Shown here one piece after another: positions 12,814 to 26,000 of a DNA stretch of 64,000 nucleotides. Location of the stretch: assembly GCA_038087875.1 (NCBI GenBank), contig CM075988.1, positions 10,232,001 through 10,296,000 of the forward strand, read 5' to 3'. Under the pieces are notes generated by a model. The model did not search any database and had not been told where the DNA came from. It was given only the letters and a program-made list of their open reading frames with translations. Numbering within the stretch: position 1 is the first letter of the stretch; each line of letters begins with the position of its first letter. The DNA comes from Malacoraja senta. Its lineage: Eukaryota. The translations under genes were made by a program, and so were the position numbers.

Positions 12814-13796
12814 ACTCATCAAATCAACATCTTGCAGTCCAGGATCAGTGAAGGAAAAGTCATGGAGTTGTTCAGCCTTGACACTGGCCCTCAAGTGAAT
12901 AAATTGCCATACCCGACAAGAGTAAACCTTGCGTAAGTGCAAGTGGCATTTTCACTGTGTGCACCCAGGGACCATTCATAGTCCTTCTGCTCTTTGACTT
13001 AACCAGGACTGGCGGGTTGATATCTAACACTTCTTTGTGACACTTCGGAGACCGCTGGAAGAATCAGATCTGAGCCCATTATAGAAAGCATCTCACCGAT
13101 TCACATCTAGACGCTGTCAGTCACAGAAATGCATTTAGCTGAGTTCATCAAATACAGAAGCAGCTTCATAGCAACCATGTCTTTCAGTGATCAAACCGAT
13201 GATGATACCCTCTTGATAATGTTGTGAACAAGGAAGAGGGAAGAATGGGAATATAATGAAAAAGACACAACATGTCACCAGCAAATCTTCTTCTCCATAT
13301 ATCATGGTTTCATAGCCACTTTCCCTGGCATCAGCCTTTTATGAATAAATATTGGCCTCACAATTTTTTTCAGACAATGTGATCTATTTATCTTCACTCA
13401 CAGCGAACAGTTAATTGTTCAGCAAACAATTGATTGTAAGCAGGTCCTTCGACCCACCAAGTACATGCCGACCTTTGATCACCCGTTCACCCTTCTACAA
13501 TGCGCCGTAGAAAGCATGTTGCTACGATGCATCATAGCATGGTTTGTGAACAGCTTTATCCAAGGCCGCAAAAAAACTCACACATCATTGGAATGTGGGA
13601 GGAAACCAGAGCACCCTTAGCAAACTCGCTTGTCACAGGGAAAGCGTGCAAAATCTAAGTGACATCAATAGTTTGTATAAAATTTTAATACTCCACGAAC
13701 TGCATTGTTTTTCTGGACATTTTGTTATCTTTTTATTGGGAGATTATGACGTCATTTCAGTTACAAATTACATTGAAGCTGCTTTATAAGTTGGCT

Positions 13797-14070
13797 GGGG
13801 AAACGCAGTGGCACAACTGGTAGGGTCGCTGCCTCAGAGCACCGGGGACCCGGGTTCAATCTTAACCACAGGTGCGGTCTGTGTGGAGTTTGCACATTCT
13901 TCCTGTGACTGTGTGGGTTTGCTCCTGGTGCTCTGTTTCCTTCTCACATCCCAAAAGCGTACAGTCGTGTAGGTTACTTGGCTTCTGTAAGTTGCCCCTA
14001 GTGTGTCGGGAGTGGATGCAAAAGTGGGATAACAGGGAGCTTGCGTGATTAGTTTAGTTTAGTTTAGTTT
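13797..14070 (+). mobile_element. V-SINE (older subfamily)
   Basis: gtggcacaactggtag...gggttcaatc head and tgtgtggagtttgcacattcttcctgtg V-domain. Confidence 0.75.
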
Positions 14071-14351
14071 ATGATTATTGTCAAGACTATACATGATTAC
14101 AATCAAGCCGTCCATAGTGTACGCATAAAGGAGAAAGAGTACGACATTTAGTTAAGATAAAGTCTGATAATGTCCGATTAAATACAGGTCAAGTTTCCAA
14201 AGAGGTAGATGGGAGGTCAGGATCACACTTTAGCTGGTGAGAAGACCGTTCAGTCGACAAATAACAGCCGAGAAGAAACTGTCCCCGAATCTGGAGGTAT
14301 GCATTTTCAACCTTCTATACCTTTTGCCTGATGGAAGAGGAGAGGAGGGAA

Positions 14352-14830
14352 TAAGGTCATAAGTGATAGGAGCAGAACTAGGCTATTTGGCCATTTAAGT
14401 CTACTCCGCCATTCAATCATGGCTGATCTATCTCTCCCTCCTAATCCCATTCCCCTGCCTTCTCCCCTTGACCTCTGACACCTGTACTAATCAAGAATCT
14501 ATCTATCTCTGCCTTAAAAATATCCACTGACTTGGCCTCCACAGCCTTCTGTGGCAAAGTATTCCACAGATTCACCACCCTCTGACTAAAGAAATGTCTC
14601 CTCCTCTCTTTCCTAAAAGAACTTCCCTTAATTCTGAGGCTATGACCTCTAGCCCTAGACTCTTCCACTAGTGGAAACATCCTCTCCATATCCTCTCTAT
14701 CCAAGCCTTTCACAATTCTGTATGTTTCAATGAGGTCCCCCTCATTCTTCTAAACTCCAGCGAGTACAGGCCCTGTGCCGACAAACACTCATCAGGTTAA
14801 TCCACTCATTACTGGTATTATTCTTGTATT
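14352..14830 (-). mobile_element. CR1/HER1-like LINE 3' fragment
   Basis: ORF 14441-14713 MKGLDREDMERMFPLVEESRARGHSLRIKG...FFSQRVVNLWNTLP is a typical CR1 ORF2 C-terminus. Confidence 0.88.
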
Positions 14831-15202
14831 CCTGAATGACTGGGTGAGACTGGTCCTTGATTATGCTGGTGGCCTTGCCGAACAATGTGACGTGTAGGTG
14901 TAGTCAATGAAAGGGAAGTTCATTTCTGTGATGATCTGGGCAACGTCCACAATTCTCTGCAATTTTTAGTGGCTTTGGACGGAGCTCTTCCCAAACTGTT
15001 CGCAATGAGTGAAGATAAACAGATCACAATGTCTGAAAAAATTGTGAGGCCAATATTTATTCTTAAAAGGCTGATGCCAAGGAAAGTGACTATGAAACCA
15101 TGATATATGGAGAAGAAGATTTGCTGGTGACATATTGTGCCTTTTTCATTATATTCTCATTCTTCCCTCTTTCTTGTTCACAAAATTATCAAGAAGGTAT
15201 CA

Positions 15203-15462
15203 ATAGACAATAGACAATAGACAATAGGTGCAGGAGTAGTCCATTCGGCCCTTCGAGCCAGCGAGCTGATCATCCCCAATCAGTACCCCGTTCCTGCCTT
15301 CTCCCCATATCCCCTGACTTCGCTATTTTTAAGAGCCCTATCTAGCTCTCTCTTGAAAGCATCCAGAGAACCTGCCTCCACCGCCCTCTGAGGCAGAGAA
15401 TTCCACAGACTCACCACTCTCTGTGAGAAAAGTGTTTCCTCGTCTCCGTTCTAAATGGCGGA
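15203..15462 (-). mobile_element. CR1-like LINE 3' end with (ctattgt)n tail
   Basis: (agacaat)n tail and a 5-bp duplication tatca at 15198-15202 / 15463-15467. The empty site is visible in the other arm of the inverted duplication. Confidence 0.85.
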
Positions 15463-17229
15463 TATCATCATCTGTTTGATAAGTGAAGGACATGGTTGAT
15501 ATGAAGCTGCTTCTGAATTTGATGAACTCAGCTGAATGCATTCCTGTGACTGACAGCGTCTAGATGTGAATTGGTGAGACGCTTTCTATAATGGGCCCAG
15601 ATCCGATTCTTCCAGCAGTCTCCGAAGTGTCACAAAGAAGCGTCAGATATCAACCCGCCAGTCCTGGTTAAGTGAAAGAGCAGAAGGACTATGAATGGTC
15701 CCTGGTTGCACACAGTAAGAATGCCGCTTGCATGACATAGGAGCCTGAAAACCGTTTGTTCCAGGTTCAGGCACATCTTCTTCCCTACAGTCATCAGGAT
15801 ATTAAACCTCCAAATAAGCTCTGAACTACATAGATTTTGGGGCATTGGTTTTGTGTTTTTGTACTATTATTATTTATATGTTTTGTGCTGCTGCAAGTAA
15901 GAATCTCATTGGGACATACTGTATGTTTGGGACATATGACAATAAAACACTCTTGACTTGACTAATGTTGGTGGAACACTAACCTGTATTCAGTGGTCTT
16001 CCTGTGAAGGGTGCCTACCTCTTACTGAGTATAGTTGGCACTGTGAGGAATGCCACACACCAGGAGAAAACATCTGGCCAGTGATCTTTCAATCCATTGC
16101 ATGTTATCAATTATTACAACAAATAATCAAACAGCTGGCTGAAAATGTTGAAAGACGGTAACAGATTGGCTGGCAGGCTTCCATCTTGCCAGCCCCAGCC
16201 AAAGCATGATATAGGCTTCACAAAGTTCAGTCAAACTTTTCAGGAGGGCAACTTTTTGCCTGGGTCTTCTGGGCAATTTGGATATCTAACAGGCAAGACA
16301 TCTGCCCTAGTTAAGGGCACAGCACATCAGTATTCACTGCGAGCAAATTGTCAAAAGTATATCCGCCTTGTGAACAGCACCAATTTTCATTTTGGAATTC
16401 AGTGTAATGTATTCATAATTTAGCTGGCATTATTCTAAAATGAAAAACCACTCATGCATACAATACATCATCATGCCATGCACACCTTGTAGTAGGATCT
16501 CGTAACAGATAGCAGGGAAATAGGAAAGGGAAAAAAAACACCCATTACATCAAAAACTGTGGAAATTTGTTTTCACAAGAATACAATCATTTTTCATGTA
16601 CAGTCTGATTTGCATTCATTTTGTGAATATATTTGTGATAATAAGCATATGTTGCATTTTCCTTGATATAATTCGAATGTGTCCCTTTATTTAACTCTTT
16701 CGACACTGCAAATCCCCCAAAATAAATTTAAACCTCAGCTGTCACAAGCCTTTCAGAATCACTGATATTTGAAATCTTTACAAGTCTCTCCATACATATA
16801 GTCAAAACACATTTCAGGGTAGGCTTTGACCTTCCGAAGAAGGGTCTTAACCCAAAATGTCACCCATTCCTTCTCTCCAGAGATACTGCCTGTCCCGCTG
16901 AGTTACTCCAGCATTTTGCATTTATCTTAGGCTTTGACCTTGCCTGTTTACCATTACATACTGAAGTTGTCATTCCTCTTCATTGCTTCAGATCCTAATC
17001 CACCACAACAGCTTGACAGCACCACAAGGTCATTTACAATGCTTTTCACAGCTTGTCCATTATTTATGCACTATGAGTTGAGCAGAAATTTAATTGCCAT
17101 TTTATTTTTGTCCCATTCTAATTTACTCTTTGCCTGTCCTCAAAGCGCTGACTCTTGCTGGATACTTTAATTCACAGCCTGCATGCGGCTAGTTGGTTGG
17201 CATTGGCAATTGTAACGTGAGTGCCTCAC

Positions 17230-17650
17230 CACAAACAGAGCTTACAGAGGGGTGGCACAGTGGCGCAGCGGTGGAGTTGCTGCCTCACAGCAGCAGAATC
17301 CCAGGTTCTCTTCTTCAGTCTGAAGAAGGGTCTCGACTCAAATCGTCACCCATTCCTTCACTCCAGATGCTGCCTGACCTGCTGAGTTACTCCAGCATTT
17401 TGTGTCTAACCCAGGTTCGATCCTGACTACGGGTGCTGTCTGCACGGAGTTTGTACGTGACCATGTGGGTTTTCTCTGGGTGCTTCCCACATTCTAAAGA
17501 TGTGTAGGTTTGTAGGTTCAGTAGCCCTCTGTAAATTGTCCCTAGTGTGTAGGATAGAACTAGTGTATGGGTGATCTATGATCGACATGGACTCAGTGGG
17601 CTGAAGGGCCTGTTTCTATGCTGTGTTTCTGAACTAAACTAAATTAAACT
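17230..17650 (+). mobile_element. HE1-like V-SINE interrupted by a 101-bp Penelope-terminus insert (17309-17409)
   Basis: 9-bp TSD cccaggttc at 17300-17308 and 17410-17418, inside the SINE box B region. Confidence 0.85.
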
Positions 17651-17696
17651 AAATACTGTCTGACATTCACCCCATGCAATTTCGAGATGGTGGCTT

Positions 17697-18070
17697 TGGT
17701 GGCACAGTGGTGCAGCTGGTAGAACCGTTGCCTTACAGCACACAGAAATCGGCGTTCAATCCTCACCTTAGGTGTTATCTGTGTGAAATTTGCATGTTTT
17801 CCCTGTGACTGCTTGGGTTTCCTCCAGGGGCTACGGTTTCCCCCCACATCCCAAATACCTGTGAGTTGGCAGGTTAATTGACTGCTGTAAATTGCCCCCT
17901 GATGTTTAGGTGAGTGGTGGAATCTGTGGGAATTGATGACAGTATGGATAGAATAAAGTTGGATTGGAATAACATAGGATTACATTAGTAAAGAGGTGGG
18001 AGATGGTCAGTGCGGACTCAGTGGACCAAAAGGCCTGTTTACATGCTGTATCTCTCAATGATTCAATGAC
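17697..18070 (+). mobile_element. V-SINE
   Basis: ggtggcacagtggtgcagctggtag head, V-domain and tail. Confidence 0.75.
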
Positions 18071-19677
18071 TCAATTACAAGCTGGAACCTTAGAAGATTA
18101 TTTTCCCTCCTGTTCTATGGATGAGACCATTCCATAACGTTTTTTTAGGCCAAAAATATCAGCATTTAGAGATTGATCGAGGAGCATTTCCATTGAAATG
18201 AAAGGGAAATGAGAGATATAGATGGTGACATATCTCTCTATATATCTTTCATCAATTTGTTCTATACTATATCTCGCTCTATCACCATCTGTATCACTCT
18301 TTTCCCTTTCCCCTGACTGTCTGAAGAACGGCCTCGACCCAAAATGTCACCTATTCCTTTTGTCAAGAGGTGCTGCTGGACTGCTGAGTTACTCCAGAAT
18401 TTTGTGTCTATCGTCGGTGTAAACCAGTATCTGCAGTTCCTTCCTCCACATGGTAATGGGTCTGATGGACTGGCTCTGAGAGCCGACATAGACTCGATTG
18501 GCCGAATAGGCCTCCCTCTATGAAATAAGGAAATGTTAACTGAAGTGAGAAATACTACAGATTTTGCCAATGTAGCTATCTATACATTCCAGCTTATCTC
18601 TCCATTTAACTGACCAGCCTTTAATCTCGCAGTGCTGTGGACTGTAATGACAGGAACCATAACACTGCCATAAAATCAAATGAAAAGCAGGAAATGATGA
18701 ATAGTATACAATATGAATCATGACTTGCTCACCTGATGACGAAAGGAACACCCAGGTTAATCTTTCTGAAGTCATTTTAATACTACTGCAATGACATTAC
18801 AGATTTTCCGTGGTTCAAATTAATTCAGCAAATAGGCTCATTTTTCCAATGCGTGTTCCAATCCTGTGCCTTTTTATCGCCCACTTAAGTTATTCCAGCT
18901 CAACCTTTATATCAGAGGAATTATGGTTCAAACATCATGCAGAGGAATTTAGCATCACTTGAAGCACAGGTGTGAGAACACCGTCATTTTTCCCATTTAT
19001 AAAGTGCGAACCATTGTTATGACAGATGTGACATCAATTGTAATGGGCTGTTAAACAGGCACAGAGCAGACACTGCATCTCATGCACCCAGCAGGAGAGA
19101 GAGAGACACTGTGCATGTGTGAAAGCATGAGCATATCTTATACTGCAGCTCTGCAGTGATGAAATGTGTCAGTGAGAACTGTTGTAGCTACTGTAAATTA
19201 ATTGCTTCAGTATTCGCAATTTAATTCCGCAGATACAAACTATTTATTTTTGAATCGTTTCCTGGATGCTCTCAATCATTTTATCCAGATTCCATTCTCA
19301 AATAGCTTCCAGCCATGAATTACAATATATATTTCAGTTTAAATATTTGGACGTTTTACAGTGTATTACATTGAGATATGTGGATGGCGTTGGCAGCTGC
19401 CACTACCAGGGAAGGCAATTGCACTGAAATTTTACAGCCTAATAGGGCAGATACAACGAGTGTTTTTTTAATTACTTGTAAAACATTTATCTCAAATGAT
19501 GGTCCCCTTAAAGGACTCGGAGGGATAGAGTCTGACAGCTCCACAAAGCACTTATTCCTTCCAATATACATAGTGGCAACTTTGTCCTGAATGGTAATAG
19601 TGATTGCAGAATGAAATCAGCCCTAATTGTAACCTACGATTGTAGGAAAATAACTGAACTCAACATGCAACAGAATG

Positions 19678-20120
19678 GGTAGGAAGGAAATGCAGATGCT
19701 GGTTTACACCAAAGATAGACACAGAATGCCAGAGTAACTCAGCGGGGACAGGCAGCATCTCTGGAGGGGAGCATTGGGTGACATTTCCGGTTGAGACCCT
19801 TCTTCAGTCTGTGAGTCAAGGGAGAGGAAGATTAGAGATAATGGAAAGGGGTAAGGTGTGAAAACGACAGATCAAAGCAGACGATGATTAAGGAAATGTA
19901 GAATGGATAGACACAAAAGCTGGAGTTACTCAGCGGGACAGGCAGCATCCCTGGAGAGAAGGAATGGGTGATGTTCACGTTGAGACCCTTCTTCAGACCC
20001 ATTCAGACTACATTCAGAATGTAGAATGGATCATTGTTAGCTGAGGGGAAGCTGACAACAAGGCGTACATTGTAGGTGAGGTGAAGGTATCACCTTCCCC
20101 TCAGCTAACAATGCACCATT
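19678..20120 (-). mobile_element. Penelope terminal-repeat derivative with a nested second copy
   Basis: Two reverse-strand ctgaagaagggtctcaacc cores (~19780-19807 and ~19970-19996). aatgtagaatggat flanks the inner copy. Confidence 0.7.
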
Positions 20121-21257
20121 TTTCATTGATCCAGTACAGAAAGTTATGCAGTGTTAATCTGAGGAAACAGATGAGATCCATCATGACTGCTTTCAGGAGG
20201 TGGACTGGTCCGTAATCAAGGACTCTGTGGCAATCTAAATGAGTAATCCACTGCCCAAACTCAGTATGTGTGTAGAGGATTGGATGCCAAAGGAGATAAT
20301 ATGCCTGAAGAAGGGTCTCAAGAAATGTCGCTCATTCCTTCTCTCCAGAGATGCTGCCTTCACGTTGAGTTACTCCAGCTTTTTCTGTCTATCTTTTGTG
20401 TCAGCATCGGCAGTTCCTTCCTACATGAGATAATAAGAGTGCTCACCCACACAAGACAATGGGTGAATTGTGAGGCTCACTAGCAGGAAAGTCCATGTCT
20501 ACAGCGTTCAAGCCAAACGATTCAGAGCAGTGCAAGAAAACTATTTATGTTCTTCACAAAGCCATCAAGGATGCAAAGAGGAAAATTCTGGATCAAGCTA
20601 GAACCCTGGAATATTCATATGAACCCTCATTTATTGTGGCATGGCTTGTATACTACAATGAGCTGCAAAGTGAAGACAGGCAATATTTTAATTCAAGATT
20701 TTATTATTCAAGATTTTAAATTACCTGAATTGAATTTTTCCAGGTTCCATTGGGAGAATTCAAGATCATTACTCAACAATAATCTATGGTTCAGGAATGC
20801 TTGTCCAATAATTCAACCACTGAATGAACAGCAAAGGAGTTCTTGTGTACATCATCACTGACCAAATTCCAGAGCTCTGGGGTACTAATTAAAAATAACT
20901 AAATGTTACCGTTGTTCAGAAATAGTAACCAGTAATTAATGTGGAAGAATCACACTTTCAATCAATGTTGACAAAATGTCAGTTTTTGGTGTTCCTGATG
21001 GATGGTTCTTCAAAGACTTACACAACCTCACTTTAATTCATTCATTTCTGTTGAGCTGTGATGAAAAGAGGCTGATGCTTACTCTGATGCTGCTCGTGGT
21101 CTAAGATCTTAAATGAACAATCATCAATCACGAATTAAGACACAAAGGAAACCAGATAATGGGAAAGTGAACAGAGAATGATTGGACTCATTCAGCCAGG
21201 AATTAAATTTTTTAATCCAGATCTGCCAGGTCAACCTTAAAAGGGTTTTCAACCGAC

Positions 21258-21497
21258 ACAGCACGATGGCACAGCAGTAGAGTTGTTACCATACAGCGCC
21301 AGGGACCCGGGTTCGATCCTGATTATGGGTGCTGTCTGCACAAAGTTTGTATGTTGCAGATTAATTGGCTTCAGTAGAACTTGTAAATGATGCATAGTGT
21401 GTAGGATAGTACTGGTGTACGGGGGGGGGGGGGGGGGGTCACTGGTTGGCGCGGACTCGGTGGCTCGAAGTACCTGTACCTCTAACCTAAATTAAAC
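21258..21497 (+). mobile_element. HE1-like V-SINE, internally deleted
   Basis: Head, gggttcgatcc and tail; contains a poly-G run. Confidence 0.7.
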
Positions 21498-21528
21498 AGA
21501 AACATCAAGTCTGAATGTGAAGGCTTAA

Positions 21529-22028
21529 AGGCTCTGTCTCACGGTGTTGCGGTCATTGGCGTGAAGCGCGGCGTCGCCGGAAGAGGGGACCGCACGTCAA
21601 CCGCGAGAGCGCCGCACGGATGCTGCACGGGGGCCGAGTGATCTCCGTACGGCCGGTTCCACGAGCTTGCGGCGTCGGGTGATTACGTCATCGCGCAACG
21701 CAACGCGCTACGCGATGACGTCTTTCGGATCGCGGGCTGTGGCGGCGGCCGTGCTGTGGCGGTGAGAGTTCGACTCACGGCGCTCGTGCCTCACTGGCAG
21801 CGGCTGTGGCGGTGACCGTGCCGCACTCGTGCCTCACTGGCGGCGGCTGTGCGGTAAGAAAATTATTTTTGGACAGTGCTGACTTTTGTTAGCACCGTGC
21901 GGTGTAGGGACAAACGCCGCACGCCCCGGCGGTGGTCGTTTGACGAACCCGCGGTCTCTGGCGGTCCACGAGCGGTAGATACTTCCTGTATCAACCGCCA
22001 ATGACCGCAGACTTGTGAGACAGGCCTT
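21529..22028. mobile_element. CpG-rich MITE, PIF/Harbinger-like
   Basis: Imperfect TIRs aggctctgtctcac..tgcggtcattggcg / cgccaatgaccgca..gtgagacaggcctt. TAA on both sides (21526-21528, 22029-22031). No transposase ORF. Confidence 0.75.
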
Positions 22029-22854
22029 TAACTCTTCCTGTTCCCTGCATTACTTATGTGGTTTACATCAACTTCTGAGGTGTGTGAGAGAAGAGCATAG
22101 AAAACTTTAGCCTCCATTGGACATGTGCATTGTTCGTGCTGATGCAACTCAACTGAAAATAGGAATGAGCAGCCTTCTCCATTTCCGATCTCATGCCTTT
22201 GATAAGAAAACTAATCACTGAACATGGAAGGGTTCCTCAGGGCATTAGTTCCAGAGAGTTAGAGAACGGGCTGATTTATATCATGTCATCAGTGTGTTGG
22301 CTGTTTTATGGTGATTGAAATAAATGAATGAGAAAAAAGTTAATATTACCATGCGTTAGCAATATTTAAAAAGCATTAAATGATGCAGTCTCACCCATCA
22401 TTTACATGGAAGAGTTTAATTGCCTTTTTATTGTTTGGCAGTTGTAATAATATGTTTATTAAAGTCCAGGTCTTCGAGCCAGGTGATGGTAGTTCTAGTG
22501 ATCATAGGCCCTGGAAAAGACTGAAGGGATTTACCTCACACAATTGGTTCCATCATTGGCTTAGCTGCTGCACTCACAACTAATGAGTTGATAATAGTCC
22601 CCATCAGATTTTACCCATCAAGGATTCCCACATTTACCTTGTTCAGAATCTACTTTGGAGCGGGATAACCTGGTAACTTCAGATAATTTGATGTGTCAAT
22701 GGCCTTGTTTATGGCCATGTTTGATTAACTATGTAATCACAATCGCCAATAATAGTCTGAAGAAGGGTCTCGACCCGAACATCGCCTATTTCCTTCGCTC
22801 CATAGATGCTGCCTCACCCGCTGAGTTTCTCCAGCATTTTTGTCTACCCACAAT

Positions 22855-23440
22855 AATACCAAGTATTCCACACGAGGAATTTCATTTGCCAAGTCAGTCA
22901 TACAAATAAAAAGCACCAGAACACACAAACCACATTTTAACATAAACATCCAGCACAGTGACTCCTCCACATTCCTCACTGTGATGGAAGGCGAAAAAAA
23001 GTTCAATCTCTTCCCTTTGCCCTCTGTTGACGGGACGATCTTGACTCCCGTAGCCGGCGGTGTTTTGGGCCCTCTGTGTCGGGACGATCCAGCTCCTGCA
23101 TTGGGGGGATGTCAGCTCCCCGCGCCGGGCGATCGAACCCCGCGTCGGGGCTGGTTGAACCTCTGCGTTCGTGGGAGCTCCCGACCAGCCTCTCCCGACT
23201 GCGAGCTCTTGATGGTAAGTCCGCAGAGGATCCCAGGCAAGGGATCAGCTCAGATATTAAGTGTGGCACAAGGTCAGTCTGAGGCGGCTTATAGCTCCAT
23301 TGATGGTAGGTCACAGAGCGACCGGAGACGCGACCCAGAACATCGCGTCTCCGACAAGGTAAGAAACTGAAAAAAAAAGTTTCCCCGACGCCCCCAACCC
23401 CCACTTTGAATGTGAACAAACAGACTGTTGGCGGGGCTGC
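22855..23440 (-). mobile_element. GC-rich non-autonomous retroposed element with a Rex1-like 3' end
   Basis: Shares ccttccatcacagtgagga...cactgtg.tggatgttt with 48745-49620. Boundaries approximate. Confidence 0.55.
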
Positions 23441-23542
23441 CAATCGTTCTGCGCCCCTGCTGGTATATACAGGTACTCTATGCCATAGTCTCGGTAGAAT
23501 GGCAAATTAGTTTTAAAATTGAAACCTGCACGATGTTCCACC

Positions 23543-23846
23543 AGTCACGGTGGCACAGCGGTAGAGTTGCTGCATTACAGCGAATGCAGCGCCGAGACCC
23601 AGGTTCAATCCTGATTACAGGTGCTGTTTGTATGGAGTTTGTACGTTCTCCCCATGACCTGCGTGGGTTTTCTCCGAGATCTTTTGTTTCCTCCCAAATT
23701 CCAAAGACGTACAGGTTTGTAGGTTAATTAGCTTGGTAAATATAAAAAAATTGTCCCTAGTGGGTGTTAATGTGCGGGGATCGCTGGTCAGCCGAAAGGG
23801 CCTGTTTCTGTGTTCTATCTCTAAACTAAACTAAACTAAACTAAAC
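23543..23846 (+). mobile_element. HE1-like V-SINE
   Basis: Full head, V-domain and (ctaaa)n tail. Confidence 0.85.
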
Positions 23847-23937
23847 CATGTTATCAGCGTTACGTGATGTAGGATCACTGGGAAGTGTCGTTTTTGTGAG
23901 TTGAAAGACAAAGGTTAAGACCTGTGGTAAGAAAGTT

Positions 23938-24452
23938 ACAATACGATACAATAGAACTTTATTCATCCCAGGAGGCAAATTGGTCTGCCGACAGTCACGA
24001 AGCACATAAAACATGAAATTAAAGTGACGAGTGGAAAGGATTGGGGATGTGCAAAGATTGGGGAGAGGAGTCAATCCAACCCATGACAGAAGGGGGAGGA
24101 GTTGTACAGTTTGATGGCCGCAGGGAAATACGACTCTCCAGTGGCAACCTGCACTATATCTTGGTGGAACCAGTCTGTTGCTGAAGGTACTCCTCAGGTT
24201 GACCAGTGTGTCATGGAGGGGGTGAGCTGTATTGTCCAAGATGCTCCGCTGTTTGAGGAGCATCCTCCCCTCCAAGATCACCTTGAATCCAACTCAATCC
24301 CCAGAACTGAGACAGCCTTCCTGATGAGCTTGTTAATCCAGTTGGCGTCCGCGGCCTTCGCCCTGCTGCCCCAGCACACGACAGCAAAGAAGGTGGCACA
24401 GGCCACTGCCGATTGGTAGAACATCTTACTGCAGACGTTGAAGGAGTAAATG
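23938..24452 (-). mobile_element. Rex1-like LINE 3' fragment
   Basis: MFYQSAVACATFFAVVCWGS...INKLIRKAVSVLG and SILDNTAHPLHDTL; AATAAA followed by a (tatcg/tattg) tail. Confidence 0.85.
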
Positions 24453-24519
24453 TCTGGGATAGGATAAGATGGCAGGATTGTTGATGGTTCCAAGCATATA
24501 AGACATGCACTGTGTGCAA

Positions 24520-24810
24520 GTTTAGATCAGATTAGAAATACAGAATGGAAACAGGCCCTTCGGCACACAGGAGCCCATGCCGACCATCAATCCCCATTCA
24601 CACTAATTATATCTTATCCCAGTTTCACATCCTTGACACTAGGGACAGTTTTACCAAACCCAATTAACCTGCACGTCTTTGGAGTGTGGGAGGAAACAGG
24701 AGCACCCAGAGAAAACCCACGTGGTCACAGGGAAAATGTACAATGTGAGGACAGAATCCAGGTCTCTGGCGCTGTGTGGCAGCAGCACTACCGCTGCACC
24801 AGTGTGCCGC
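24520..24810 (-). mobile_element. HE1-like V-SINE
   Basis: Reverse-strand head ggcggcacactggtgcagcggtag and tail. Confidence 0.75.
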
Positions 24811-25869
24811 CCAGGAAGTTAATTCCTACTTTGACTCAAAGCATTCCAAAAGAAAAATCCTGGATATGATGGAAATCTGAAATAAAGCAGATGGTGCTGG
24901 AACAACTCATCTGGTCAAGCAGCACTTTTTTAATCAATCCATTTATGTGCTCCGTGGGCTTAGTTGGACCCATTTACCCATATTATTAATTGATATTTGA
25001 ATTGCTCTTTGACTCTCAGATTTGTTCTGGATCCTTCTTCAGACTGAGGAAGAGTCAGTTCAATCAGTCTGAAGAAGTGTCCCAACCCGAAACATCACTT
25101 ATCCATGTTCTCCAAGGATGTTGCCTTCCCACTGAGTTACTCCAGTACTTTAAGTTTTTAAAAATATTTTAACCTGCGTCTGCCGTTCCTTGTTTCTTCA
25201 GTGTACATAAGAGTGGTTGAAGTCACCCTTGTACACGTTTAGAATATCACAGGAGAACATCTGAAAGCATGTTTTTCAGTTTCTTTCACTGAAGTGAAAC
25301 AAAACCACAGCGGCTGAATCTTTGGTACGTGTATGTATTTTTTTTAAACCAGCATCTGCAGTTCCTTTCTACACATTTAATTTCTTCCCTTTGGCTGTTC
25401 TGCCCTGAGTTACCAACTTAGAGCGTGTCCAAGCTGGGAGGTAGCATTTCACCTCACAGACTTCTCCAAACCATTGAACGAGGAATACAAACTTGCCCAA
25501 CAGGCAAACCAAGACAAAGATGTAGCACAGTTCCATTGACATCAGCACTGGAGAAAGAAAGGATGAGATTACAAGAAACAATTACGAGAAACTTTCGCTA
25601 AATCAGGGGACTTTTTAAAGTAGTGGCAAGTTTAGGCAATTAGCTTAAAATACAGTTGCACTTTTTTGTCAAAGGTGACTGAAGGTTTCATAACTGATAA
25701 TGTAGTGGGGGTACAGGATTTGCCAGTGGGTGTGTATTATGTAGCAGAGGAGCATAGTATTTGTCAGTGGGGATGCATTATTTACCAGGGCAGTACAGTT
25801 TATCCCTGTGGAGGTGCATTATATACCAGGGGAGTTTAGTATTTGCCAATGGGGCACATTATATAGCAG

Positions 25870-26000
25870 GGTGGAACAGTGTATGCTGGAGGTGGTAGAG
25901 TATATGTTGGAGGTGGCATAGTGCATGTGGGACGTGGCACGGTGCATGTGGGACATGTTACAGTGCACGTTGGAGGTGGCACAGTGTGTGCCCGAGGGGT
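25870..26000 (+). repeat. Degenerate 21-bp minisatellite (gtggcacagtgcatgtgggac-like)
   Basis: About 6 units, giving periodic translations VHVGGGT / TVPPPTC. Confidence 0.7.

Larger units (their letters stand above)
12938..15732. repeat. Long inverted duplication: 12938-13412 versus 14994-15732 (second arm interrupted by a CR1 fragment)
   Basis: About 475 bp align as reverse complements at high but imperfect identity by eye. Confidence 0.9.

Noticed and set aside
22840..23443. Overlapping 146-176 aa ORFs (also 48960-49384)
   Set aside because: GC-rich repeat sequence is stop-poor in all frames; no recognisable domain.
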